Shown piece after piece: positions 16,877-25,825 of a stretch of 32,000 nucleotides of DNA. Every line of letters starts with the position of its first letter. Position 1 is the first letter of the stretch. The notes below the pieces were generated by a model. That model was not told the origin of the DNA. It was given only the letters and a program-made list of their open reading frames with translations, and ran no database searches. Origin of the DNA: Kineococcus radiotolerans SRS30216 = ATCC BAA-149 (GTDB lineage Bacteria > Actinomycetota > Actinomycetes > Actinomycetales > Kineococcaceae); the NCBI RefSeq assembly GCF_000017305.1, contig NC_009664.2, forward strand, positions 1,410,001-1,442,000, read 5' to 3'. A program made the translations under genes and the position numbers.

Positions 16877-18250
16877 GTGGCCCCCGTGCCCGCTCCCGCG
16901 CTGACCCCCGAGACCGTCGCCGCCGCCACCGCCGCGGCCGCCCGCTGGGTGGACTTCCGCCGCCGTCGCCTCGACGTGCCCGGGGTGCAGTTCGCGGTGC
17001 GGCTGCAGGACGACCTGGTGCACTCCAGCGCCCACGGCCACGCCGACCGCGAGGACGACGTCGCCCTCACCCCCGCGCACGTCTTCCGGGTCGCCTCGCA
17101 CTCGAAGACCTTCACCGCGACGGCGGTGCTGCGCCTGGCCGAGCAGGGCCGGCTGCGCGTGGACGACGAGGTCGGCGCGCACGTGCCCTGGGTCCGGGAG
17201 GAGGACGCCGAGCTGGGCCGGGCCAGCCTGCGGGAACTGCTGGGGCACGCGAGCGGGGTGACCCGGGACGGCCGGCACGGCGACTTCTGGCAGCTCGACG
17301 GGGCGTTCCCCGACGTCGAGGGCCTGCGCGGCGCCGTGCGCACCGGCGGGTCGGTCCTCCCCCGCTCCTCACGCTTCAAGTACTCCAACGTCGGGTACGC
17401 GCTGCTGGGCCTGGTCGTGGAGGCGGTGACCGGGACCTCCTACGCGGAGCACGTCGCGCACGAGCTGGTCGCCCCGCTGGGCCTGACCCGCACGACCCCG
17501 GACCTGCCCGCGGCCGGGGACCTGGCGACCGGCTACTCGGCCGCGGCGGTGGGTCCGCGTCGCCCGCTGGGGCACCCGGCCACGGCGGCGATGGCGGCCG
17601 CGGCGGGGTTCTGCTCCACCGCCGAGGACCTCACCGCGTGGTTCTCCGCGCACCGCCCCGGCCGCACCGAGCTGCTGGACGACCACGCGAAGCGGCTGGC
17701 CCAGCGCGCGGAGTGGCCCACCGAGGGCGTCGACCGCAGCTACGGGCTGGGCTTCACCGGGGAGAAGGTCGGCGAGCGCCGGCTCGTGGGGCACTCCGGG
17801 GGTTTCCCGGGCCACATCACCAAGAGCCTCCTGGACCCCGAGGCGGGTCTCGCGCTGAGCGTGCTGACGAACTGCGCCGACGGCCCCGCCACCGAGCTCG
17901 CGGTGGGGGCGGTGAAGCTGATCGACCTGTTCGCCACCGAGTGGGGCCGGACCGAGCCCGCGGTCGACCTCAACGCGTTCCGCGGCCGGTGGGCGACCCT
18001 GTGGGGCGTGGTGGACGTCGTCCGCGCCGGGTCCACCCTCATCGCCCTGGACCCCGACACCACCGACCCCGCCGCGAGCCCGCTGACGTTCGACGTGGTC
18101 GACGAGCGCACCCTGCGCGTCGTGCGCGACAGCGGGTCCGGGTCCTTCGGGGAGGACTGGGTGCTGGGCCGGCGCGAGGACGGCACCCCGACGCTGCGCG
18201 GGGACAGCGGCATCACGATGGTGCCGCTGTCCCGCTGGGCGGCGGTCTGA
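16877..18250 (+). CDS. Serine hydrolase, beta-lactamase/transpeptidase-like (class C / esterase family)
   Basis: SxxK nucleophile motif FRVASHSKTFTA, YSN motif (FKYSNVGY), and HSGGFPG late motif. GTG start is 1 nt after the DUF2236 stop. Confidence 0.85.
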   Translation: MAPVPAPALTPETVAAATAAAARWVDFRRRRLDVPGVQFAVRLQDDLVHSSAHGHADREDDVALTPAHVFRVASHSKTFTATAVLRLAEQGRLRVDDEVGAHVPWVREEDAELGRASLRELLGHASGVTRDGRHGDFWQLDGAFPDVEGLRGAVRTGGSVLPRSSRFKYSNVGYALLGLVVEAVTGTSYAEHVAHELVAPLGLTRTTPDLPAAGDLATGYSAAAVGPRRPLGHPATAAMAAAAGFCSTAEDLTAWFSAHRPGRTELLDDHAKRLAQRAEWPTEGVDRSYGLGFTGEKVGERRLVGHSGGFPGHITKSLLDPEAGLALSVLTNCADGPATELAVGAVKLIDLFATEWGRTEPAVDLNAFRGRWATLWGVVDVVRAGSTLIALDPDTTDPAASPLTFDVVDERTLRVVRDSGSGSFGEDWVLGRREDGTPTLRGDSGITMVPLSRWAAV

Positions 18251-18259
18251 GGCCGCGGC

Positions 18260-18700
18260 TCAGGCGTCCAGCGACGCGTCGAGGGTGATCTCCACCCCGG
18301 TGAGGGCCTTGGAGACCGGGCAGGTGGCCTTGGCGGCCTGCGCGGTCTCGGCGAAGGTGGCGGCGTCGATCCCGCTCGCCTCACCGGTGACGGTGAGCTT
18401 GATGCCGGTGAGCCGGAACCCGCCGGCCGGGTCCGGCCCGAGGGAGACGTCGGCGGTCACCTCGAGGCTCTCCGGGGTCGCGCCGGCCTCGGCGAGCAGC
18501 GCGGAGAACTGCATCGCGAAGCAGGAGGAGTGCGCGGCCGCGATGAGCTCCTCGGGGCTGGTGGTGCCCCCGGCGTCGTCCGCGGCGCGCTTGGGGAAGG
18601 ACACGTCGTAGGTGCCGACCTTGGAGCTGGACAGCTCGACCTGGCCCGAGCCCTGCTCCAGGGTGCCGTTCCAGGCGGTGCGTGCGGTGCGGGTGGGCAT
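18260..18700 (-). CDS. osmC: OsmC-family peroxiredoxin
   Basis: 146 aa. Two conserved Cys (AAHSSCFAMQF and KATCPVSKAL). Strong SD GGAGGAACC directly upstream of the ATG. Confidence 0.92.
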   Translation of the reverse strand: MPTRTARTAWNGTLEQGSGQVELSSSKVGTYDVSFPKRAADDAGGTTSPEELIAAAHSSCFAMQFSALLAEAGATPESLEVTADVSLGPDPAGGFRLTGIKLTVTGEASGIDAATFAETAQAAKATCPVSKALTGVEITLDASLDA

Positions 18701-18801
18701 GGTTCCTCCACGGTGTCGAGACGTCTGGCGCTGCCATCCTCACCAGCCCGACCCCGCACCGCCACCCGGCGCCCGCGATCCGGGAACGGACCCGGGAACG
18801 G

Positions 18802-18835
18802 CCGAAGGCCCGTGGGGAACCCCACGGGCCTTCGG
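18802..18835 (-). terminator. Perfect 16-bp hairpin downstream of the helicase gene
   Basis: CCGAAGGCCCGTGGGG, 2-nt loop, CCCCACGGGCCTTCGG. It starts 12 nt after the helicase stop codon on the minus strand. The trailing sequence is only weakly U-rich. Confidence 0.7.
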
Positions 18836-18846
18836 ATCGGAACTGG

Positions 18847-20619
18847 TCAGTCGCGCGGGGCGCTCTGGCGGGGAACCCCGCCCTGGCCGCCCTCGCGGCG
18901 CGGGCCGCGGGGGCCGCTGCCCTCGCGACGCGGGCCGCTGCGGAAGCCACCCTCGCGACGCGGGCCGCGGCGCGGACCGCGAGCACCCTCGCGGGTCTCG
19001 GTGCGACGGGGCTTGATCACGACGGGTTCGCCGGACTCGGCCACGGCGCGGACGGTCTCGTCCCCGGCGAGCACGTGCTCGACGTTCTGGGCCTCGACCC
19101 CCGCGTCCCGGTGCAGCCAGCCGTAGCGGCGGACCTGGTCGGGCAGCGCGATGGCCAGGACGGTCCCGGTCGCACCGGCGCGCGCGGTGCGGCCGGAGCG
19201 GTGCAGGTAGTCCTTGTGGTCGTTCGGCGGGTCGACGTGCACGACGAGGTCCACGTCGTCGACGTGGATGCCGCGGGCGGCGACGTCGGTGGCGACCAGG
19301 ACGCGGGTCTCCCCGGCCGAGAACGCGTCGATCGCCTTGGAACGCTGCGACTGGCGCAGGTCCCCGTGGATCGCCTCGGCCGGTGCGCCGGCCTCGTTCA
19401 GCTGGTCGGCGAGGCGCTGGGCGCCGAGCTTGGTGCGGACGAAGAAGATCGACCGCGCCGGGCGCTTGCTGATCTCGGTGAGGATCGACAGCTTGTCGTG
19501 CGGGCGGACCGCGAACACGCGGTGCTCCATGTGCCCGACGTCGTCGGGGTCGGCCGGCGCGGCGTGGAACGCCGGGTCGGTCAGGAAGTCCGTCACGAGG
19601 GCCTCGACACCGCGGTCGAGGGTGGCGGAGAAGAACATCCGCTGCCCGCCGGGCTTGGTGCCCTCCAGGATGGCGCGGACGTTGGGCAGGAAGCCCAGGT
19701 CGGCCATGTGGTCGGCCTCGTCGAGCACCGCCACGTCGACCTCCGCGAGGGAGACCGCGTCACGGTCGATGAGGTCCACCAGACGACCCGGGGTCGCGAT
19801 GAGGACGTCGATGCCGCGCTGGAGGGCGGCGATCTGACGGCCGTAGGGGACGCCGCCGACGACCACGGACAGCCGCAGGTCGAGGGAGTCGCCCAGCGGG
19901 CGCAGCGCGTCGGCGACCTGCATGGCCAGCTCGCGGGTCGGCACGAGGACCAGACCGCGCGGGGCGCCGGTGATGCGGGGGCGCTTCTGCTGGGCCAGGC
20001 GGGCCAGCATGGGCAGGCCGAAGCCCAGCGTCTTGCCGGAACCGGTGCGGGCCCGGCCGAGGATGTCGCGCCCGGCGATGCCGTCGGGCAGCGTGCGGGA
20101 CTGGATCGCGAACGGCGCGGTCATGCCGCGACGCTCGAGAGCGGCGACGAGCTCCTCGGGGAGACCGAGCTCGGCGAAGGTCGACTCCGCGACCTCGATC
20201 TGCTCGGCCGCGGTGAGGGCCTGCTCGGTCGCGGAGGGAGCGAAGGAACGGGGGCTGCGCGGGGGGCCGCTGCGACGGCTGCTGCCGCCCTGGTAGCCCC
20301 CGCGGCTGCTGCCGCCCTGGTAACCGCCACGGCTGCTGCCGCCCTGGTAGCCCCCGGAGGAGGAGCCGCCGCGGTTCTGGTAGCTGCTGCTGCCGCCGCC
20401 CTGGTAGCCGCCGCTGCTGGCGCCGCCACCCTGGTAGCTGCTGCCGCCGCCGCCCTGGCCGCGGTAGCCGCCCGAACGGGGGCGGTCGTCGCGGTCGAAG
20501 GAGCGGTCGGCGGGTCGGTCCTCGGTGCGGTAGCCGCGGGACTCGCGGCGCTGGAACCCGCCCTCGTCAGAACGCGAGGGGCGGTTGGAACGGTACGAAC
20601 GGTCGTCGTACTGGGGCAT
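18847..20619 (-). CDS. DEAD-box ATP-dependent RNA helicase with low-complexity N- and C-terminal extensions
   Basis: Core motifs: Q-motif FAIQ, motif I ARTGSGKT, motif II DEAD, motif III SAT, motif VI HRSGRTARAG. About 125-aa N-terminal G/S/Y/Q/R-rich region and about 55-aa C-terminal GPRREG/RGG-rich region. ATG preceded by GGAG. Confidence 0.93.
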   Translation of the reverse strand: MPQYDDRSYRSNRPSRSDEGGFQRRESRGYRTEDRPADRSFDRDDRPRSGGYRGQGGGGSSYQGGGASSGGYQGGGSSSYQNRGGSSSGGYQGGSSRGGYQGGSSRGGYQGGSSRRSGPPRSPRSFAPSATEQALTAAEQIEVAESTFAELGLPEELVAALERRGMTAPFAIQSRTLPDGIAGRDILGRARTGSGKTLGFGLPMLARLAQQKRPRITGAPRGLVLVPTRELAMQVADALRPLGDSLDLRLSVVVGGVPYGRQIAALQRGIDVLIATPGRLVDLIDRDAVSLAEVDVAVLDEADHMADLGFLPNVRAILEGTKPGGQRMFFSATLDRGVEALVTDFLTDPAFHAAPADPDDVGHMEHRVFAVRPHDKLSILTEISKRPARSIFFVRTKLGAQRLADQLNEAGAPAEAIHGDLRQSQRSKAIDAFSAGETRVLVATDVAARGIHVDDVDLVVHVDPPNDHKDYLHRSGRTARAGATGTVLAIALPDQVRRYGWLHRDAGVEAQNVEHVLAGDETVRAVAESGEPVVIKPRRTETREGARGPRRGPRREGGFRSGPRREGSGPRGPRREGGQGGVPRQSAPRD

Positions 20620-20884
20620 GGAAGATGAACTCCACGTGGGCTCGTCGGCCGCACGGCGGTCCGCCCCCAGGGCGCGCGGTAGCGCGCAGATGCTGAGGTG
20701 TGGGACTCAAGCGACCTCGCGGGCGGCTCGCCCGCTGAGATGACGGCATCGACACCGTCCTGACTACAGTAACAGGCCCGGGCCCCGAACCCTTCCCGCC
20801 CTCACCCGGGCGCCCGGGCGCCGGGCCGCCGCCCGACGCCCCGGGCGGCCCCCGCGGTCCCCGGTCCCGTTGCGCCGCAGCGCA

Positions 20885-22984
20885 TCAGCCCCGCGAGGCC
20901 TGGATGGCGGTCAGCGCGATCGTGTAGACGATGTCGTCGACGAGCGCCCCGCGCGAGAGGTCGTTCACCGGTTTCGCCAGCCCCTGCAGCATCGGGCCCA
21001 CCGAGATGACCCCCGCGTTGCGCTGCACCGCCTTGTACGTCGTGTTGCCCGTGTTGAGGTCCGGGAACACGAACACCGTGGCGCGGCCGGCGACCGGCGA
21101 GTCCGGGGCCTTGGACGCCGCGACCGAGGCGACGGCGGCCGCGTCGTACTGCAGGGGCCCGTCGATGATGAGGTCCGGGTCGCGCTCCCGGGCGATGCGG
21201 GTGGCCTCGGCCACCTTGTCCACGCTGGAACCCGACCCCGACGAGCCGGTGGAGAAGCTGATCATCGCCACCCGCGGTTCGATGCCGAAGGCGCGCGCCG
21301 ACGCCGCCGACTGCAGGGCGATGTCGGCGAGGTCCTCCGCCCCCGGGTCGGGGTTGACCGCGCAGTCGCCGTAGATGACGACGTCGTCGGGCAGGCACAT
21401 GAAGAAGACGCTGGACACCAGCCGGGCCCCCGGCTTGGTGCGCACGACCTGCAGCGCGGGGCGCACGGTCGCGGCGGTGGTGTGCACCGCCCCGGCCACC
21501 AGCCCGTCGACGTCGCCGGCCTGCAGCATCGTGGTGCCCAGCCAGATCGGGTCGGCGAGGGAGTCGCGGGCGACGTCGGGCTGCATGCCCTTGTGCTTGC
21601 GGGCCTCGACGAGGACGTCGACGTAGCGCTCGACCAGCCCGGCCGGGTCGAGCACCTCCACGCCCTCGGGCAGGGTCAGCCCGAGCCCGGCCGCGACGGA
21701 GGCGACCTCGTCGGGGTGGGCCAGCAGGACGGGGCGGGCGATGCCGCGCTCGGCGCAGATCGCCGCGGCCTGCACGGTGCGCGGCTCGGCGCCCTCGGGC
21801 AGCACGATCCGCTGCACCCGCTCGGCGGCCAGGGTGGTCAGGCGGCGGCGGAAGGCCGCGGGCGAGAGGCGCGGGGTGTGCGAGGCCGTGGGCAGCTTGG
21901 CCAGCCAGCCGGGGTCGAGGGCGTCGGCGACCGTCGTGGAGACCGCCAGCGCGCGCTCGGCGTCGTCGGCGGGGACCTCCGGGTCGAGGCGGTTGACGGC
22001 GGTGGCGGTGGCGTAGGTGCTGCGGTCCGAGCGCAGGATGGGCAGGCCGGTCGCGGCGGCGGCCGCGGTCAGCTCCGCCACCCGGGGGTCCATCCCGACC
22101 CCGGCGGTCAGCAGCAGCCCGGCGAGGCGGTTGCCGTTGAGCGCGGCCAGGCAGGTCGCCATGACGACGTCGTGCCGGTCGCCGGGGACGAGGATGAGCC
22201 GCCCCTCGCGCAGCAGCGGCAGCATCCCCGGCACGGCCTGCGCCGCGACGACGACCTCCTTGATGCGCCGGCCCTGGTCGCCGTGGGTCAGCACCTCGAC
22301 GTCGAGGTCGTGGACGAGGTCGCGCACCCGGGCCCAGACGAGGTCGGCGCGGAAGGGCACCGCCCCGACGAGGGGGATGCCGTGGTGCTCCAGCGCCCCG
22401 CGCAGCCGCGCGACGCGGGCGACGGCGGTCTCGGGGTCCTCCGGCACCGGCCAGCGCGAGACGACCCCGCCGATGACCCGCAGCGCCTCCCCCGTCCGGT
22501 ACGTCCCGGCGGTGACGGCCATGTCCTCGGCGATGCGCTCGGGCGCGCCGGGGTCGGTGCCGTCCACGCCGGCGGACCCGACGAGCAGGACGTCGGCGTC
22601 CAGGGCCGTGGCCAGCGCCTGGTTGACCCGCCCGGAGAACACCTGGTCCGCCGAGGGCGCCAGGCCCTCGACGACGACGACGTCGTGGGCGGCGAGCACC
22701 CCCTCGGCGGCGGCGACGACCTCCTCCATGAGGTCGTCGATGTCGCCGCGGGAGAGGCGCTCGACGACGCGGGAGGCGGGGATCGGCTCGGAGGGGTCCA
22801 GCGCGGTGGTGAGCCGGACCAGCGCGACGGAGCGGTCGGGTCCGGTGGCGCGGGTGGGCTGGGCCAGCGGCTTGTGGAAGCCGACGGCGACCCCGCGCGC
22901 GTCGAGGGCCCGGACCAGGCCCAGGCAGGTCGAGGTGAGGCCGGCACCGTGGCCGGTGGGGACGACGAGCAGCACGCGGGCCAT
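20885..22984 (-). CDS. pta: Phosphate acetyltransferase, long form (N-terminal P-loop-like/DRTGG domains plus PTA catalytic domain)
   Basis: 699 aa. N-terminus MARVLLVVPTGHGAGLTS. C-terminal PTA_PTB domain (AVHTTAATVRPALQ..., YGDCAVNPDP, SFSTGSSG). SD GGGGGAGGG upstream. Confidence 0.95.
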   Translation of the reverse strand: MARVLLVVPTGHGAGLTSTCLGLVRALDARGVAVGFHKPLAQPTRATGPDRSVALVRLTTALDPSEPIPASRVVERLSRGDIDDLMEEVVAAAEGVLAAHDVVVVEGLAPSADQVFSGRVNQALATALDADVLLVGSAGVDGTDPGAPERIAEDMAVTAGTYRTGEALRVIGGVVSRWPVPEDPETAVARVARLRGALEHHGIPLVGAVPFRADLVWARVRDLVHDLDVEVLTHGDQGRRIKEVVVAAQAVPGMLPLLREGRLILVPGDRHDVVMATCLAALNGNRLAGLLLTAGVGMDPRVAELTAAAAATGLPILRSDRSTYATATAVNRLDPEVPADDAERALAVSTTVADALDPGWLAKLPTASHTPRLSPAAFRRRLTTLAAERVQRIVLPEGAEPRTVQAAAICAERGIARPVLLAHPDEVASVAAGLGLTLPEGVEVLDPAGLVERYVDVLVEARKHKGMQPDVARDSLADPIWLGTTMLQAGDVDGLVAGAVHTTAATVRPALQVVRTKPGARLVSSVFFMCLPDDVVIYGDCAVNPDPGAEDLADIALQSAASARAFGIEPRVAMISFSTGSSGSGSSVDKVAEATRIARERDPDLIIDGPLQYDAAAVASVAASKAPDSPVAGRATVFVFPDLNTGNTTYKAVQRNAGVISVGPMLQGLAKPVNDLSRGALVDDIVYTIALTAIQASRG

Positions 22985-23037
22985 GGGTCAACCCTCCCCC
23001 ACTCCGGCTCCGGCGGCGACGGCAGCCCCCGGACCGC

Positions 23038-24267
23038 TCAGCGGTGCTCGACCAGCGCGACCGTGTCGCGGGCGATGAGCAGCTCCTCGTCGGTGGGCAC
23101 GACCATGGCCAGGGGGCCGTCGCCGGGGACGGTGATGCGCCCCGCGGGGGTGGAGGAGCGGCCGTGGTCGGCGTTGGCGGCGGGGTCCTCCACGAGGCCG
23201 AGGTGGGCCAGGCGGGCCAGCAGCATCGAGCGCACGTTCTTCGCGTTCTCCCCGATGCCGCCGGTGAGGACGAGCGCGTCGAGCCCGCCGAGGGAGACGG
23301 TGAGCGCCGCGACGTGCTTGGCGGCGCGGTGGACGAACACGTCGAGGGCGAGCTTCGCCCCGGCGTGGCCCTCGGCGGCCTTCTCCGACAGCGTGCGGAC
23401 GTCGTTGGACAACCCCGACAGGGCGAGCAGGCCGGACTCGGAGTTCAGCTGCTTCACGACCTCCGCGACCCCGGCGCCGGTGCGCTCGGCGACGAGCTCG
23501 ACGACCGCGGGGTCGAGGTCGCCGGAGCGGGTGCCCATCACCAGCCCCTCCAGCGGGGTGAGGCCCATGGTGGTGTCCACGGAGCGGCCGTCGAGGACGG
23601 CGGTCGCGCTGCACCCGTTGCCGAGGTGGGCGACGACGAGCTTGAGGCCGCGCGGCTCGCGGCCGGCGGTGGCGAGGACCTCGGTGGCGCGCTGGCTGAC
23701 GTAGCGGTGGCTGGTGCCGTGCATCCCGTAGCGGCGGACCCCGAACTCCTCGTACCAGCGCGTCGGCACGGCGTAGCGGTAGTTCGTCTCCGGCATCGTC
23801 TGGTGGAACGCGGTGTCGAAGACGGCGACGTGCGCGAGGTCGGGCAGCACCGCCCGCGCGGCCTCGATCCCGGAGGCGTTGGCGGGGTTGTGCAGGGGCG
23901 CCAGGGCGGACAGCTCGTGGATCTGGGCGAGGACGCGGTCATCGACGCGGACCGAGCCGTGGAAGACGGAACCGCCCTGCACGACGCGGTGCCCGACGCC
24001 GAGCAGCGGGGGTAGGTCGAGGTCCAGGAGGCGCTGCAGCACGTGGGCCAGCGCCCCGCGGTGCGTCGTGGCGGCCGGGGTGATGGTGCGGGTGCTGGGC
24101 CGCCCGTCAGGGCCGGTGGTCGTCATGTGCACGACCGCGTCCGGGGAGCCGATGCGTTCCCCGAGGCAGCTCAGCGACCGCTCCCCCGTCACCGGGTCCA
24201 CCAGGGCCAGCTTCACCGAGGAGCTGCCGCAGTTCACGACGACGACGGAACCCTGGCTGGTCGACAC
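23038..24267 (-). CDS. ackA: Acetate kinase
   Basis: GTG 24267 preceded by GGAGGAG. N-terminal VVVVNCGSSSVKLALV, GHRVVQGG, HNPAN, YGMHGTSHRYV, AHLGNGCS, TGGIGEN. The longer track ORF start at 24363 overlaps tenA and is not favoured. Confidence 0.95.
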   Translation of the reverse strand: MSTSQGSVVVVNCGSSSVKLALVDPVTGERSLSCLGERIGSPDAVVHMTTTGPDGRPSTRTITPAATTHRGALAHVLQRLLDLDLPPLLGVGHRVVQGGSVFHGSVRVDDRVLAQIHELSALAPLHNPANASGIEAARAVLPDLAHVAVFDTAFHQTMPETNYRYAVPTRWYEEFGVRRYGMHGTSHRYVSQRATEVLATAGREPRGLKLVVAHLGNGCSATAVLDGRSVDTTMGLTPLEGLVMGTRSGDLDPAVVELVAERTGAGVAEVVKQLNSESGLLALSGLSNDVRTLSEKAAEGHAGAKLALDVFVHRAAKHVAALTVSLGGLDALVLTGGIGENAKNVRSMLLARLAHLGLVEDPAANADHGRSSTPAGRITVPGDGPLAMVVPTDEELLIARDTVALVEHR

Positions 24268-24308
24268 GCTGTTCTCCTCCGGACGGTCGGGGACGTCCCC
24301 CGACCCTC

Positions 24309-24977
24309 TCACGCGGGCGCGGGCCAGCTCTCGCGCGCGTGGGCGGTCTCCCAGAACAGCCACTCGTAGCGGGTGGCCAGCGCGAACGCGTCGTGCATGG
24401 CCTCCACGTCGCCGGGGTTCGCCTCGGCCGCCTCGTCGACGAGGCGGCGGGCCGTCGCGACGGAGGCGTGGAACTCCGGGGCGTCGTAGGCGGCGACCCA
24501 GCGGGCGTAGGGGTGCTCGGCGACCAGTTCGGCGTGCGCGGCGAGGCGGCGCCCGGCGTCGGCGTAGATCCAGTAGCAGGGCAGCACCGCGGCCGCGGCG
24601 ACGGGGTAGGGCGCGGTCGCGGCGGCTGCCACCAGGTAGGAGACGTAGCCCAGGGTGGTGGGCGAGGCGGTCGCCGGTCCCGTCGCCTCGGGCAGCAGGC
24701 CGCCGGTGAGCAGGTCGGCGTGCAGGGCGACCTCGACGGCAGCGGCGTTCCCCGCCGACCCGGCCCAGAACCCCGCCGCCGCGGGCCCGGGGGCGCGCGC
24801 GGCCAGCAGCGCGAGGGCGCGGGCGTAGCCGGCCAGGTAGATCGTGTCCTGCTCCAGGTAGTGCCGGAACGTCGCGGGGTCCAGCGTCCCCGCGCCCAGC
24901 TCGGCGAGGAACGCCGATCCCTCGATCGCGGAGCGCAGGGCGGCGGTGCGGGCCCAGGTGTCGTCGGTGAAGCTCAC
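24309..24977 (-). CDS. tenA: TenA-family aminopyrimidine aminohydrolase (thiaminase II)
   Basis: GTG 24977 overlaps the thiD stop (GTGA) and is preceded by GGGAGGA. TenA/PQQC-like helical pattern (FRHYLEQDTIYL, LPCYWIY, YEWLFWE). 222 aa. Confidence 0.88.
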   Translation of the reverse strand: MSFTDDTWARTAALRSAIEGSAFLAELGAGTLDPATFRHYLEQDTIYLAGYARALALLAARAPGPAAAGFWAGSAGNAAAVEVALHADLLTGGLLPEATGPATASPTTLGYVSYLVAAAATAPYPVAAAAVLPCYWIYADAGRRLAAHAELVAEHPYARWVAAYDAPEFHASVATARRLVDEAAEANPGDVEAMHDAFALATRYEWLFWETAHARESWPAPA

Positions 24978-25825
24978 GGTCGGTCCTCCCGGAGGGCGAA
25001 GGCGTGGTCCAGCGGGCCGTGCCCGGAACCGATGGACAGCCGGGCCCCGGCGAGGAGCGCGGCCTGCAGGTAGTCGCGGGCGGGACCCAGGAGGGCCGCC
25101 CAGTCGGGGTCCGCCCCGGCGGGGGCGGGGTGCAGCGCGGCCTGCGCGGCGAGCGCCGAGGAGAGGGTGCAGCCGGTGCCGTGGGTGGCGGTGGTCGCGA
25201 CCCGCTCCCGGCGGACCAGGACGGTGCCGGCGGAGGTGGCGAGGACGTCGACGCTGTCCGTCCCGCTGTCCCCGCCGTCGAGGTGCCCGCCCTTGAGCAG
25301 GACCGCGGTCCCGCTGCGCCGCAGCAGTTCCTCGGCCTGCTCGCGGCACTGCGCGACCGAGGTCGCGGGGTCGGTCCCCAGCAGCACCGCCGCCTCGGGG
25401 ACGTTGGGGGTGACGAGGTCGGCCAGCGGCAGCAGGAGCTCGCGCACCGCGCCGACGGCGTCGGGGTCCAGCAGCGCGTCCCCGCTGGTGGCGACCATCA
25501 CCGGGTCCAGGACGACGGGGCCGGCGCGCCGGGAGCCCAGCCCCTGCGCGACGGCCCGCACGACCTCGGCGTCGGCGAGCATGCCGATCTTCGTGGCGTC
25601 CACGGCGATGTCGTCCAGGACGGCGTCGAGCTGGCGGCGGACGAAGTCCGCGGGCACGGGCAGCACCCCGTGGACCCCGCGGGTGTTCTGCGCGGTGAGG
25701 GCGGTGAGGACGCTGGTTCCGTAGACGCCGTGCGCGGCGAAGGTCTTCAGGTCGGCCTGGATGCCCGCTCCCCCGCCGGAGTCGCTGCCGGCGACGGTGA
25801 GGGCGACGGGCACCGCGCGGTTCAC
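24974..25825 (-). CDS. thiD: Hydroxymethylpyrimidine / phosphomethylpyrimidine kinase ThiD
   Basis: [38 protein letters not shown], and TGCTLSSA motifs. Start taken as GTG 25825, which forms a GTGA overlap with the thiE stop. An alternative GTG at 25843 cannot be excluded. Confidence 0.92.

Noticed and set aside
18780-18801. Direct repeat CCGGGAACGG x2 (12-nt period) between the helicase terminator and osmC, considered as PHO boxes or an OsmC operator.
   Set aside because: On the osmC strand it reads GTTCCCGG, which only matches the GTTC part of the PhoP unit. The spacing is 12 nt, not 11. It directly abuts the terminator hairpin. The evidence is insufficient for a regulatory call.
20244-20470. 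Regularly spaced short DNA repeats (CTGGTA... every 24-33 nt) that could look like a CRISPR-like or minisatellite array.
   Set aside because: The periods are multiples of 3 and lie inside the helicase reading frame. They encode the GGYQGGSSR protein repeats. There are no unique spacers and no cas genes.
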